64,000 nucleotides of DNA from an uncultured Chloroflexia bacterium (GTDB lineage Bacteria > Chloroflexota > Limnocylindria > Limnocylindrales > CSP1-4). The number at the start of each line of letters is the position of its first letter. The first letter of the stretch is position 1. The translations under genes were made by a program, and so were the position numbers. The stretch spans positions 224,001 through 288,000 of the forward strand of contig CAVVYR010000008.1 in the NCBI GenBank assembly GCA_963752475.1. The letters are read 5' to 3'. Below are positions 30,691 to 40,619 of this stretch, one piece after another. The notes beneath the pieces were generated by a model that was not told the DNA's origin, did not search any database, and worked only from the letters and a program-made list of their open reading frames with translations.

Positions 30691-31975
30691 CGAGCGCGCC
30701 GCGCAGGCGACCCACCAGATAGAGGGATCCTGCGATGATCAGCGGCCCATCCGCAGCTACGGCAGCGTCGAGCGCCCGCTCCAGGGCAGCATCGGCGTTC
30801 GAGATGGAGACTGCCTGGTGACCGCTGGCGTCGGCCCACGCGGTCGCGAGCTCCGTGGCCGGCAGGGCGCGATCGGTGTCGGGCACGACGGTCGTGATGC
30901 ACCCGGCGGCACGGAGGCGCTCGGAGCTGGCGAGGGCGTGGAGCATGTCGCCGACCTCCTTGTCGCGCATGACGCCGAGCAGCAGCGTGGGGCGGCCGCT
31001 CGGCAGCTCGTCGGCCAACGCATCGACCGTCGAGGCCAGCACGGCCATGCCGTCGGGGTTGTGGGCGCCGTCGATGATGATGGTGAGGCCCTCCCGCTCG
31101 ATGAGCTCCAGCCGGCCCGGCCACCGCGTGCGCTCGAAACCGGCACGAACGGCCTCGTCGGAGACCGCCGCGACGCCACATTCCCGAAGGGCCTCGATGC
31201 CGCCCAGGGCGATAGCCGCGTTGGCAGCCTGATGGCGACCCAGCAGCGGCAGCCGCACGTCCCCGAGCCGGTCATGCCGGAGCACGAGCCCTCCGAGATC
31301 CATCGTCGCGATCGGTAGCGGCGCGCACTCGGTCAGGGGTACGTCGGCCTCCGCTGCGCGCCTGCGTACGACCTCGAGCGCGACACCCTCGGTACCGGTC
31401 ACCGCCCGCGCGCCGGGCTTGATGATGGCGGCCTTCTCGGCCGCCACCGACTCGATGGTGTGGCCCAGGAACTCCTGGTGGTCGAGCCCGACATGCGTGA
31501 CCACGGCCACATCGGGGTCCCACGTGTTGGAGGCGTCGAGGCGGCCGCCGAGGCCGACCTCCATGACCATGACGTCGACGGCTCGGCGCGCCGCCTGCAG
31601 GTAGGCCGCGGCGGTGAGTAGCTCGAACTCGGTCGCGAGCCCGAACTCGTCACGGCCCGGCTCGCTGGCCTCGAGCACCTCTTCCAGCAGGGCATCGAGT
31701 TCGGCGGCGCCGATGGGCTCACCGTCGATGGTCACGCGCTCGCGGTAGCTGTGCAGGTGCGGGCTGGGCGACATACCCGTCGAGTGGCCGGCAGCGGCAA
31801 GGACCGAGGCCACGATCGCGGCCACGCTGCCCTTGCCGTTGGTGCCGGCGATGAGCACGCCGCGCAGCGAGCCCTGCGGATCGTCGAGGTTCCGAAGGAG
31901 TGCCTGCATCCGCCCGAGACCGAGGCGGATGCCGATGTGACCCCGCGCGCGGATACGAGTCAGCGCGTCCGTCAC
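30659..31975 (-). CDS. folC: Folylpolyglutamate synthase/dihydrofolate synthase
   Basis: AGTNGKGS, SPHL..YRER, EVGLGGRLD and DGAHNP; probable GTG start at 31975. Confidence 0.93.
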   Translation of the reverse strand: MTDALTRIRARGHIGIRLGLGRMQALLRNLDDPQGSLRGVLIAGTNGKGSVAAIVASVLAAAGHSTGMSPSPHLHSYRERVTIDGEPIGAAELDALLEEVLEASEPGRDEFGLATEFELLTAAAYLQAARRAVDVMVMEVGLGGRLDASNTWDPDVAVVTHVGLDHQEFLGHTIESVAAEKAAIIKPGARAVTGTEGVALEVVRRRAAEADVPLTECAPLPIATMDLGGLVLRHDRLGDVRLPLLGRHQAANAAIALGGIEALRECGVAAVSDEAVRAGFERTRWPGRLELIEREGLTIIIDGAHNPDGMAVLASTVDALADELPSGRPTLLLGVMRDKEVGDMLHALASSERLRAAGCITTVVPDTDRALPATELATAWADASGHQAVSISNADAALERALDAAVAADGPLIIAGSLYLVGRLRGALVAGTISDTDA

Positions 31976-31976
31976 G

Positions 31977-32273
31977 TCAGAAGGCGACGATCTCTTCCTC
32001 GTAGAAGACGCACTGGTTGAAGCGCGCCGAGAGGCAGACATCGGTGACGTAGCCGGCGTCGAGGTGGACCCCACCGCGGACCTGGCAGCGCGCGATCGTG
32101 GCGTCCTGGCGCATGTACGCCTTGAGCAGGTGCGGGGTCTGGACCGGGATCGGGCCACGCGGACCGGTCATGTAGAAGTGCGGGCAGACGTTGCGTCGCA
32201 GGTTGGGCAGCCCGAAAGGGACACCGGGCCGAAGTGCGGCCAGCTGCGTCGAGGCCACGTCAGCGCTGGGCAT
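31977..32273 (-). CDS. Small Cys-containing hypothetical protein
   Basis: Coding-like bias; CPHF..C..C.......C pattern; stop abuts the folC start. Confidence 0.65.
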   Translation of the reverse strand: MPSADVASTQLAALRPGVPFGLPNLRRNVCPHFYMTGPRGPIPVQTPHLLKAYMRQDATIARCQVRGGVHLDAGYVTDVCLSARFNQCVFYEEEIVAF

Positions 32274-32452
32274 CCGGGGTGTCACCCGGGCGATAGGGCC
32301 TGGCGGCGGCGGCGGCGGCGTGCTTCCGATCGAGTGCGACCGCGATCCGCGATCCCGACTCGATGGCACTCCACGCTGGTTCGATGTCAAACGGTCCCCT
32401 CTACAAGACGCCCCCACTGGTATTCCGCGTTAGCGTGCCACAATCTGACTGG

Positions 32453-33646
32453 ATGGACGACGTCACTTCTCGGCCTCGCTCGACCAGTCGCCGCATGGCT
32501 TCGGCCAAGAGCGGCGGGACGACGCGACGCGCAAGCTCGAGCCGCAGCTCCAAGAAGAAGCAGGAGCCGGAGGTCTCGCCCGCCCGCTGGGCTGGCGTGG
32601 CGCTCGTCATCGCCGCCATCGTGGGCGCCATCTTCCTGGCCATGATCAGCCCCAGCGATCCCGGCGAGGAGCTACCTCCACAGGCCGGAGCCGCAGCCGA
32701 CACCGACGCTGGCACAGATGGCGAGGACGGTCCCGCCCCCAGCCCCAGCGCGACGGTCGTCGACGTGCCCGTGCCGGTGCTCAGGCCGGTCATCACCAAT
32801 CCGGGAAACGGAACGCTCACTCCGGAGATCGAGATCGCCGTGAGTGTCGACATCCCCGAGGACGTGGCCGTGCCCAAGAAGCACCTCGACCTCTACGTCT
32901 ACGCCGGCAACGAGATCACCACCCTGGAGAAGCCCAAGCCGGGCACGACCGTGAAGGTGCAGGGAGTGCGGTTGCTACCCGGCGAGAACACGCTGACTGC
33001 GGCGCTGGGCAGCCCGGCCGGGCCCGGTCCGGTCTCGGACCCCGTCGTGGTCACGCTCGACGAGGACGCTCCACGCCTCACCATCGACTCGCCCAAGAAC
33101 AAGTTCGAGACCTACGAGAACGGCGTGACCGTCGAGTTCAGTTCCGAGGTCGGGGCCCGGGTGCGCATCCGGAACGAGGCCAACAAGTTCGACCAGCCCG
33201 AGCAGACGGTGAACTCGAGCGGAGAAGGCTCGATCCTGGTGCCGCTGAAGCGCGGTGTGAAGAACCAGATCGTGGCCACCTCGGTGGACCAGGCCGGGCA
33301 GCTCCAGGAGGCATCGGTGAACGTCTGGCGCATCGATGGACGGCCCAATGTCAAGCTCAAGTTCCCCGCATCGGTGGATCCGCCCGACGAGATCCGCATC
33401 GTGGCCGAGGTGACCGATACCGATCGCAAGCCGATGTCCGATGCGGAGGTGCACTTCAACCTGGGCGGCCCCAACCGCACGACCCTGTCGGAGACCCGGG
33501 AGACGAATGACAAGGGCCGTGCCGTGTGGGTCGTCGAGGTCGAGGGCAGCAGCTCGCCGGCGGACTCGCTCGAGCTGGGCGTCGTGGTCATCTCGTCCAC
33601 GACCGGCGACAAGAAGTCGCTCGTGCGCAACATCGCCCTCAAGTAG
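32453..33646 (+). CDS. Membrane-anchored Ig-like domain protein
   Basis: Basic N-terminus, one TM segment, and beta-rich repeats (PVITNP, GENTLTA, APRLTIDSP, DQAG). Confidence 0.75.
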   Translation: MDDVTSRPRSTSRRMASAKSGGTTRRASSSRSSKKKQEPEVSPARWAGVALVIAAIVGAIFLAMISPSDPGEELPPQAGAAADTDAGTDGEDGPAPSPSATVVDVPVPVLRPVITNPGNGTLTPEIEIAVSVDIPEDVAVPKKHLDLYVYAGNEITTLEKPKPGTTVKVQGVRLLPGENTLTAALGSPAGPGPVSDPVVVTLDEDAPRLTIDSPKNKFETYENGVTVEFSSEVGARVRIRNEANKFDQPEQTVNSSGEGSILVPLKRGVKNQIVATSVDQAGQLQEASVNVWRIDGRPNVKLKFPASVDPPDEIRIVAEVTDTDRKPMSDAEVHFNLGGPNRTTLSETRETNDKGRAVWVVEVEGSSSPADSLELGVVVISSTTGDKKSLVRNIALK

Positions 33647-33661
33647 CGGCGGGCCCTGCCC

Positions 33662-34222
33662 TCAGCGGAACCAGCGCCCCCGGCGTCGCTGCACCTTGGT
33701 CGTGAGCCGCTTCCCCGGCTCGACCGCTGGTGCCTCGAGCAGGCGGTCTTCGTCCGGTGGCACCCAGGCCGCTCGGCCGGCGGTCTCGAGGTCCGGCTTG
33801 GTGCGCCCGGATCGGTATGTGGACGGGTTCGCCCGGACCGCGCCATCGGGCATCTCGCGGATAGCCGATCTGGTCCGAACCGGCTGAGCGGGTTCGGCCG
33901 CCATGGCCGCGGGCACCGGCTCGAGCTCAGGGAAGAGCCCGTCGCTCGCGCTCTTCTCCACTGTCCCGGTCTGGCCGGTCGCGGGCTCCCAGCACGACCG
34001 GGAATCGGAGGCGGAGATGAGCGCGCCCGTCGGGTCGTCGGTGCAGGTGCCCAGCCCGGCGGCTACCGACGGCTGATACGAGCGGCACGACTGGCACGTT
34101 CGCACCGGCGTCGAACAACGCCAACAGCGCGCCGCTCGAGCCTGGACCGTGTGGCACTCAGGACAGCGCCACGTGGGCTCGGACGTGACTTCGCTGGCGC
34201 TGCGGCTCAACCGGGCGGGCAC
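33662..34222 (-). CDS. Hypothetical protein with an N-terminal Cys-rich (zinc-ribbon-like) region
   Basis: CPEC..CWRC..CQSC..C..C; overlaps the end of the kinase gene. Confidence 0.6.
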   Translation of the reverse strand: MPARLSRSASEVTSEPTWRCPECHTVQARAARCWRCSTPVRTCQSCRSYQPSVAAGLGTCTDDPTGALISASDSRSCWEPATGQTGTVEKSASDGLFPELEPVPAAMAAEPAQPVRTRSAIREMPDGAVRANPSTYRSGRTKPDLETAGRAAWVPPDEDRLLEAPAVEPGKRLTTKVQRRRGRWFR

Positions 34223-36030
34223 GGATCCTGCGGGTCAGCCAGCATCAGGTCCACCTTGGCGCCCACGGGCACCGACTCACCCGGCTTGGGCAGCTGGTCA
34301 TGGACGATCCAGGTCTCCTCCGGCGGCGGATCAGGGTAGGTCGCGCCTACGAGCAAGCCGTCGTCCTCGAGGAGCGTGCGAGCGGTCGTCAGGTCGAGAC
34401 ACATGAAGTCGCCGACAAGCATCTGCTCCGCGGACGGGAAGGGTGTCGGTTCGAGGGTGAAGATCGGGGTCGGCTCTGCGGTCACGGCCGGACTCTCGAC
34501 CGGTTCCGAGGTGGCATCGCTGTCAGGGCCCAGCGAGACGGTGTAGTCGACGGTCGTGCCGCGGGTCGTGGACGAGCCGGCCCGTGGGTCGGTCGAGACG
34601 ACGTAGCCCTCAGGCAGCTCATCGGGGGCGGTGAAACGCTCTCCGGCGAAGAGCCCCGACTCCTCCAGCTGCGTGATGACCACGTCCTCCTTGATGCCGT
34701 GCACATCAGGCACCACCACTGTCTCTACCTGCGTGGCCACGGTGACCTGCACCGTCGTGCCTGCCGGGATCTCCGTCTTGGGCTCGGGTAGCTGTTCGAT
34801 GACGCGGCCAGCCGCCACCTCGTCAGTCTCGTGATACGTGATCTCCAGGACCACGCCCCGGTTGTCGGCACGCCTGACGGCGTCGACCTCGCGCAGATCG
34901 ATGAAGTTGGGGGTGCTCACCAGCTCCAGGGTCGGCTCGGGCGTCGGGCTCGGCGTCGGCTGTTCGTCGCCGATGCCGCTGAAGAGCAGGAAGAGGAGGA
35001 TGCCCGAGGCCACGATGACGAGCAGGCCCAGACCTGCCGCCAGCCAGCCCCAGGGGCCTGAACCCGAGCGTTCGGGGTCGGCGGGCGCGGTCGCTGACAC
35101 GTAGGCCGTCTGCGTCGGCGGGCGGGGCGTGCCCGGGAGGGGTGACATGCCGGGTGGACCGGCGGCACCGGCGGCAGCGCCGGCGGCGGCCAGGGCCGCG
35201 GCGCCAGAGGGGTCGGTACGGAAGCGGGCCAGCGCGGTCGCGAGCTCGGCGGCGGACGGGCGGGCGGCGGGATCGACCGCCAGGCACCAGCGCACGATGG
35301 CATCGAGGGCCGGAGGCACCTCAGCCCGCACGGCCATGGGCGAGGGCACCCCGCCGCTGAGACGGGCCACAGCCACGGCTGCGGGCGAGTCGCCGGAGAA
35401 GGCCCGCTGGCCGGTGAGCATCTCGTACATCACCAGGCCCAGCGAGTAGATGTCGGAGGCGGCGGTGGCGCTGTCGCCACGGGCTTGCTCGGGGCTGAAG
35501 TAGAGCACGCTGCCCAAGGTGATGCCTGTGGCGGTGACGGGCGATCCCGCGGCGGCCTGGACGATGCCGAAGTCGGCCACCTGCACGCGGCCGTCAGGCG
35601 AGAGCAGGATGTTGCTGGGCTTGATGTCGCGATGGACCAGGCGAGCGTCGTGAGCGGCTGCGAGAGCATCGGCCACCTGCTGGCCCATGTTGGCCACTGC
35701 GGTCGGTGGCAGGCGGCCCTTCTTGCCAAGGGCGGAGGCCAGGTCGCCGCCGGAGACCTGCTCCATGACGATATAGGGGCCAGCCCGATCGTTGCCGTAG
35801 TCGTAGACCTGGACGATGTTGGGATGGCTCAGCGAGGCGGCGGCTTGTGCCTCGTGCTCGAACCGCGCGACGAACTGGGCATCGGCGCCGAACTCCGGCC
35901 GCAGCACCTTGACCGCGACCTCGCGCCCGAGCTTGGCGTCGGTGGCGCGGAAGATGGTGGCCATGCCGCCTTGTCCCAGGACCTGGTCCAGGCGGTAGCG
36001 ACCTCCGAGGAGCGTGCCAAGCTCAGCCAC
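34207..36030 (-). CDS. PknB-like Ser/Thr kinase with TM segment and three PASTA domains
   Basis: GQGGMA, VAVK, HRDIKPSN, DFG, SPEQ, a TM segment and PASTA repeats. Confidence 0.94.
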   Translation of the reverse strand: MAELGTLLGGRYRLDQVLGQGGMATIFRATDAKLGREVAVKVLRPEFGADAQFVARFEHEAQAAASLSHPNIVQVYDYGNDRAGPYIVMEQVSGGDLASALGKKGRLPPTAVANMGQQVADALAAAHDARLVHRDIKPSNILLSPDGRVQVADFGIVQAAAGSPVTATGITLGSVLYFSPEQARGDSATAASDIYSLGLVMYEMLTGQRAFSGDSPAAVAVARLSGGVPSPMAVRAEVPPALDAIVRWCLAVDPAARPSAAELATALARFRTDPSGAAALAAAGAAAGAAGPPGMSPLPGTPRPPTQTAYVSATAPADPERSGSGPWGWLAAGLGLLVIVASGILLFLLFSGIGDEQPTPSPTPEPTLELVSTPNFIDLREVDAVRRADNRGVVLEITYHETDEVAAGRVIEQLPEPKTEIPAGTTVQVTVATQVETVVVPDVHGIKEDVVITQLEESGLFAGERFTAPDELPEGYVVSTDPRAGSSTTRGTTVDYTVSLGPDSDATSEPVESPAVTAEPTPIFTLEPTPFPSAEQMLVGDFMCLDLTTARTLLEDDGLLVGATYPDPPPEETWIVHDQLPKPGESVPVGAKVDLMLADPQDPCPPG

Positions 36031-36078
36031 GCGGGTCGCCCCCGCGTGCGTTGCTGTGACCGACGTCCTCGGCCCGGG

Positions 36079-36954
36079 TCACTGCAGGTCGATCCCCGCC
36101 AGGTAGTCGCGGAACTCGCCCCCGATGTCTTCGCGGTCGATGGCCAGCTGGACGGAGGCCTTGAGCCAGCCCATGGTCGTGCCGGCGTCGTGCCGTGTGC
36201 CCTCGAAGGCGTAGGAGAAGACCTCCTGCTCCTTCATCAGGGCCTCGATGGCATCGGTCAGCTGGATCTCGCCACCAGTTCCGGCCTGCGTCTGCTCCAG
36301 CTTCTCGAAGATCTTGGGCGTCAGCACGTAGCGGCCGATGATGGCCTTGTTGCTGGGTGGGTCGGCCTGTGGCTTCTCGACCATGCCGCGGATACGGTTG
36401 AGGCGGTCGTCCGAGTCGGTCCACTGGTCGTCGATGTCGACCACGCCGTAGCGACGTGTCTCGTCGTAGGGCACCTCCATCACCGCCAGCGTGGAGCCGC
36501 CGGTGTGCTGGTAGGCGTCGATGAGCTGGCCGATGCACGAGCGCTCCGCCTGCACCACGTCATCGGAGAGGATGACCGCGAAGGGCTCGTGGCCCACCAG
36601 CTCCTTGGCCATCAGCACCGCGTGCCCGAGGCCCAGTTGCTCCTTCTGGCGCACATAGCTGACCTGCGCCATGTCGCCGATCTGGCGCACTCGGCGCAGC
36701 ATCTCGATATCGCCCTTGGTCTCGAGCAGGTGCTCGAGTTCGAAGCTGTGGTCGAAATGGTCTTCGATCGCTCGCTTCTGGCTGCTGGTGACGATGATGA
36801 CCTGCTCGATCCCGGCGGCCACGGCCTCCTCGACCGCGTACTGGATGACCGGCTTGTCCACCAGCGGCAGCATCTCCTTGGGCTGTGCCTTAGTGGCGGG
36901 TAGGAAACGGGTCCCCCAGCCTGCGGCCGGGAACACTGCCTTGCGAACGCGCAT
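36079..36954 (-). CDS. galU: UTP--glucose-1-phosphate uridylyltransferase
   Basis: KAVFPAAGWGTRFLPATKAQPKEMLP, VEKP and GEIQLTDA. Confidence 0.96.
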   Translation of the reverse strand: MRVRKAVFPAAGWGTRFLPATKAQPKEMLPLVDKPVIQYAVEEAVAAGIEQVIIVTSSQKRAIEDHFDHSFELEHLLETKGDIEMLRRVRQIGDMAQVSYVRQKEQLGLGHAVLMAKELVGHEPFAVILSDDVVQAERSCIGQLIDAYQHTGGSTLAVMEVPYDETRRYGVVDIDDQWTDSDDRLNRIRGMVEKPQADPPSNKAIIGRYVLTPKIFEKLEQTQAGTGGEIQLTDAIEALMKEQEVFSYAFEGTRHDAGTTMGWLKASVQLAIDREDIGGEFRDYLAGIDLQ

Positions 36955-37101
36955 CGATCCTCCATGCGTGTGGCCGGGCCACTCCCGGGTCTTGGGCTGT
37001 CGGTGCGAGTGTCTCCGACGCGAATAGAGGCGAGTGTAGCGCGGACCCGCTGACCGCTCAGGGGTCGGCAGTCACCTCTTGAGTGGACCGCTCGGACGGT
37101 C

Positions 37102-38067
37102 CTACTCGGTAGCGGGCGGCGAGATCGGCCGGGGACGCGACACGGGCATCATCTGGACCAGCGCGGCACCGACCAGCACCAGCAGCCCGCCGGCCAACTG
37201 CACCACCGTTGGCTGCTCGGCGAGCAGGAGGGCGGCAAGGAAGGCGCCGGTGACAGGTTCGACCAGCATCAGCACCGCGCCGCGGGTGGCCCCGATGCGA
37301 CGGTAGCCGGCGATGATGAGCACGGCCGGGATCGCGGCGCCGACGATGCCTGCAGTGAGGATGAGGATCGGGGCTTCGGCCGTACCGAGTGGATCCGTGA
37401 TGGTGTGCCCCTGCCCCAGCACGACCAGCAGCGGCACCAGGAACAAGGCGTAGATGGCAGCCGAGAACGTGCGCAGCGTCGCGGCTGACTGGAGCGCGGG
37501 CACGGACCGGAACCCGCCGGTCCCGACCAGTGCGAAGCCGGTCTGGCAGAGCGAAGCCACCAGGGCGAGCCCGACACCGATGAGGTCGATGCCACCATCG
37601 CCCTCGGTGGGTGCGGCCAGCAGCATCACCAAGCCCAGGCCCGAGAGCGTGATGGCCGCGATCCTGCGTCCGCCCAGGTGCTCCCCGAAGAGCGGTACGG
37701 CCGCGATCGCCACCCAAGCGGGAAACGTGTAGAAGACGATGAGCGCGGCGGCGATGGTCGTACGCTCGAAGGCGAAGAAGAGCGAGATGGTGGTGCCGGC
37801 CACGAAGCCGCCCATGACCAGCAGCTGGACCCACTCCCGGCGCGGGATATCGCGCAGGTTCGTGAAGGGCACTCGCCGCAGGGCCACACCGACAGCGAGG
37901 AAGGCCAGCAGGGCCATGAACGAGGCAGTCGCACGCCAGAAGGCGAACGAGACGGCCGTGAAACCGACGTCCGACGCGAAGCGGGCCAGGGGGCCGAGCG
38001 TGCCGAAGCCCATGGCGGCGATGACGATGAACACGACGCCGACCGGGTCGGGGCGATCGCGGTTCAG
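37102..38067 (-). CDS. EamA/DMT family transporter
   Basis: Ten TM segments in two repeats (LFGE.LG; EPV..A..LLAE). The start is uncertain, possibly a CTG overlapping the upstream stop. Confidence 0.85.
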   Translation of the reverse strand: MNRDRPDPVGVVFIVIAAMGFGTLGPLARFASDVGFTAVSFAFWRATASFMALLAFLAVGVALRRVPFTNLRDIPRREWVQLLVMGGFVAGTTISLFFAFERTTIAAALIVFYTFPAWVAIAAVPLFGEHLGGRRIAAITLSGLGLVMLLAAPTEGDGGIDLIGVGLALVASLCQTGFALVGTGGFRSVPALQSAATLRTFSAAIYALFLVPLLVVLGQGHTITDPLGTAEAPILILTAGIVGAAIPAVLIIAGYRRIGATRGAVLMLVEPVTGAFLAALLLAEQPTVVQLAGGLLVLVGAALVQMMPVSRPRPISPPATE

Positions 38068-39125
38068 GATTCGGTCGCTTCCTGGACCTCGGTGTGGCGC
38101 GCCCAGAGGACCTTGTCCGTGAAGGGCACCCGGATCTCGCTCATGATCTCGGTCGAGACCAGGAACCCCGCCAACAGGAAGAGCACGCTGAAGAGCTTGC
38201 CCAATTGGAACCACTCGGTCGTGCCGAAGCGGTTGAGGCTATCGGTCACCGCGGGGATGAAGGCACCGATGGCGATGAGCAGCGTGGCCGGCACGCGGCT
38301 GTTGATCCTGCCCGTGAAGAGCGCGACCAGCGCGCCCGGCAGCGAAGCCACGAAGTTGACCACGATGGCCACGGGCGCGATGAGCAGGTTGAACAGGAAC
38401 TGGTCACCCGCCTGGTTGGGGTCGATGTCGTAGGTCAGCACACGCTTCTTGGGCATGAACACATAGGCGCTGAACACCGCGCCCAGGATGAGTGCGAAAG
38501 CGCCGGTGACGTTCATGAACGGGGTCAGCAGACGCAGCTCCGGCGGCAGGATCGAAGCGACGGGCACGCCGGTCTCGGGATCGAGCGCGTAACCAGGCGC
38601 GGGCAGGTCGGACAGGACCAGGAGCACGATCGAGAGCACGGTGGCGCCGGCGACGGCCACGAAGGCCATCCACGGCCAGCGCCAGTTCTGGAAGTACGTC
38701 TCGACCGAGACCGCCAACGCCAACACCAGCGCGACGAGGAAGTAGAGCATGGCCGTGGTGCTGGCGTCGGCGTAGACCTCCGGATCGGCGCGGGCGGTCA
38801 GGAAGGTGAAGAGGCCGGCGAAGAAGAGGCACACGGCGAAGGCGAAGCCGAAGCGCGTGCGACCCAGCAGGAAGGCGTTGCCGAGACCCAGCCATCCGGC
38901 GGTCCAGACCGCGCCGGTGAGGTACCAGTTGACGTAGATCGTCTCGTTCCATCCGGCCGCGGCCGCGATGGCCTCACACGCCACCGCCACACCGAAGAAG
39001 AGGATGCCCAGGGCCCAGATGGCCTGGTAGCCACGACGGCGGGTCCGCCACTGGTCGATGAGCAGGACGAAGAAGATGATGGCGAGAGCAGCGGTTAGCG
39101 CCGGGAGCCAGACGTTCGCGTCCAT
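38064..39125 (-). CDS. Hypothetical multi-pass membrane protein
   Basis: About 9-10 hydrophobic segments; WYLTGA..AGWLGLG motif. Confidence 0.8.
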   Translation of the reverse strand: MDANVWLPALTAALAIIFFVLLIDQWRTRRRGYQAIWALGILFFGVAVACEAIAAAAGWNETIYVNWYLTGAVWTAGWLGLGNAFLLGRTRFGFAFAVCLFFAGLFTFLTARADPEVYADASTTAMLYFLVALVLALAVSVETYFQNWRWPWMAFVAVAGATVLSIVLLVLSDLPAPGYALDPETGVPVASILPPELRLLTPFMNVTGAFALILGAVFSAYVFMPKKRVLTYDIDPNQAGDQFLFNLLIAPVAIVVNFVASLPGALVALFTGRINSRVPATLLIAIGAFIPAVTDSLNRFGTTEWFQLGKLFSVLFLLAGFLVSTEIMSEIRVPFTDKVLWARHTEVQEATES

Positions 39126-39141
39126 CGGGTCCTATTGGCCT

Positions 39142-39486
39142 CTAGGCCGGGATGAACTCGTGATCCTCGCGGTGGTTACCGTCGCAGAGGCCCCAGGCCG
39201 GGGGGTCGACGGGCAGCGGCGTGGGTCGCATGAGCTCACGAACTTCGGAGAGTCGGCAAACGTAGTGTCCGCGGCCCTGTGCCCAGGCACGGAAGCACTC
39301 GTCCTTCGCGTGGAATTGGTGCGGACCCGGGTTGATCGTGGCCTGCTCCGCCCAGCTGGGCGCGGCCTCGCGCGCGACGTTGTCCATGACGCTGACACGG
39401 AAGGGCACCCCTTCGATGGGCTGGTTGCAGCCGGCGCAGCGCTTGGCGTCGTTCTCATTGAACACGGTCGGGATCCGGATACCCAT
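39142..39486 (-). CDS. Small Cys/His-rich hypothetical protein
   Basis: CAGC..H..C..C..CDG.H..DH pattern and strong coding bias. Confidence 0.7.
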   Translation of the reverse strand: MGIRIPTVFNENDAKRCAGCNQPIEGVPFRVSVMDNVAREAAPSWAEQATINPGPHQFHAKDECFRAWAQGRGHYVCRLSEVRELMRPTPLPVDPPAWGLCDGNHREDHEFIPA

Positions 39487-39581
39487 GATCCGGCCGCCGC
39501 GGAATCGGGTCGCGGTCACGGGCCGATCGTAGCAGAGGGTCCGAGCGATCGAGGCATGGTCTGCCTGTCATCATCGGCGAC

Positions 39582-40619
39582 ATGATCGACGAGGGGGTCC
39601 GGAGGCAGTTCCCGGGCGCGGCCGGCTACCTCGATACCGCCAGCCTGGGCTTGCCGCCACAGCAAGCGGTCGATGCCATGACCGCAGCCATCGCGGAGTG
39701 GCAGGCCGGAACCGCGACCGCGCCCGGCTACGACCACTTCGTGGAGGAGGCACGCTCATCGTTTGCGGAGATGGTCGGCGTAGCACGCTCACAGGTCGCT
39801 GTCGGCGCACAGGTCTCCGCGCTGGTGGCCATGGCCGTGACGGTGCTGGAGCCTGGCTCCCGGGTGCTCGTGCCGGAGGGCGAGTTCACCTCGGTCCTCT
39901 TCCCGTTCCTTACGCGCGAGGACCTGGCCCTCGATGTGGTGACGACGCCGCTCGACCGATTGGCCGAGTCCGTGGACCAAGGCACCGCCCTGGTCGCCTT
40001 CAGCCTCGTCCAGTCCGCTGACGGCTGCGTGGCCGATGACGTCGCCATCCGTGCTGCGGCGGCGTCCGTTGGTGCACTCACGTTGGCCGACGCCACGCAG
40101 GCCGCCGGCTGGCTGCCGTTCAGAGCCGATGACTACGACTTCACCGTCACCGGCGGCTACAAGTGGCTGCTCTGTCCACGTGGCGCTGCGTTCATGACGG
40201 TTAGGCCAGGGTTGCTCGACCGCGTGACACCGCTCTATGCCGGCTGGTACGCGGGCGAGAAGCCGTGGGAGACGATCTACGGACTGCCGTTGCGACTCGC
40301 CGCCGACGCCAGCCGCCTCGACCTCTCACCCGGATGGCTGGCCTGGGTCGGCACCGCCGCCTCGCTGGCGCTGCTCAATGAGGTGGGCGTGCAGGCCATC
40401 CGCACTCACGACATCGGTCTGGCCAACTCGGCGCGAGCCGAGTTGCGGCTTCCGCCCAGCGATTCGTCGATGGTCTCGCTCGAGTTGGACCCCGACTTCG
40501 ACCCCGGCTGTCTCAAGGGACTGCGCACCGCTCTGCGCGCGGGTCGGCTGCGTGCGGGCTTCCACCTCTACAACGACGAGGACGACGTGGGGCGCCTGCT
40601 GGAGGCCCTGCGTGGCTAG
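39582..40619 (+). CDS. Aminotransferase class V (PLP-dependent)
   Basis: YLDTAS, DATQAAG, GGYKWLLCPRG and FHLYN. Confidence 0.9.
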   Translation: MIDEGVRRQFPGAAGYLDTASLGLPPQQAVDAMTAAIAEWQAGTATAPGYDHFVEEARSSFAEMVGVARSQVAVGAQVSALVAMAVTVLEPGSRVLVPEGEFTSVLFPFLTREDLALDVVTTPLDRLAESVDQGTALVAFSLVQSADGCVADDVAIRAAAASVGALTLADATQAAGWLPFRADDYDFTVTGGYKWLLCPRGAAFMTVRPGLLDRVTPLYAGWYAGEKPWETIYGLPLRLAADASRLDLSPGWLAWVGTAASLALLNEVGVQAIRTHDIGLANSARAELRLPPSDSSMVSLELDPDFDPGCLKGLRTALRAGRLRAGFHLYNDEDDVGRLLEALRG

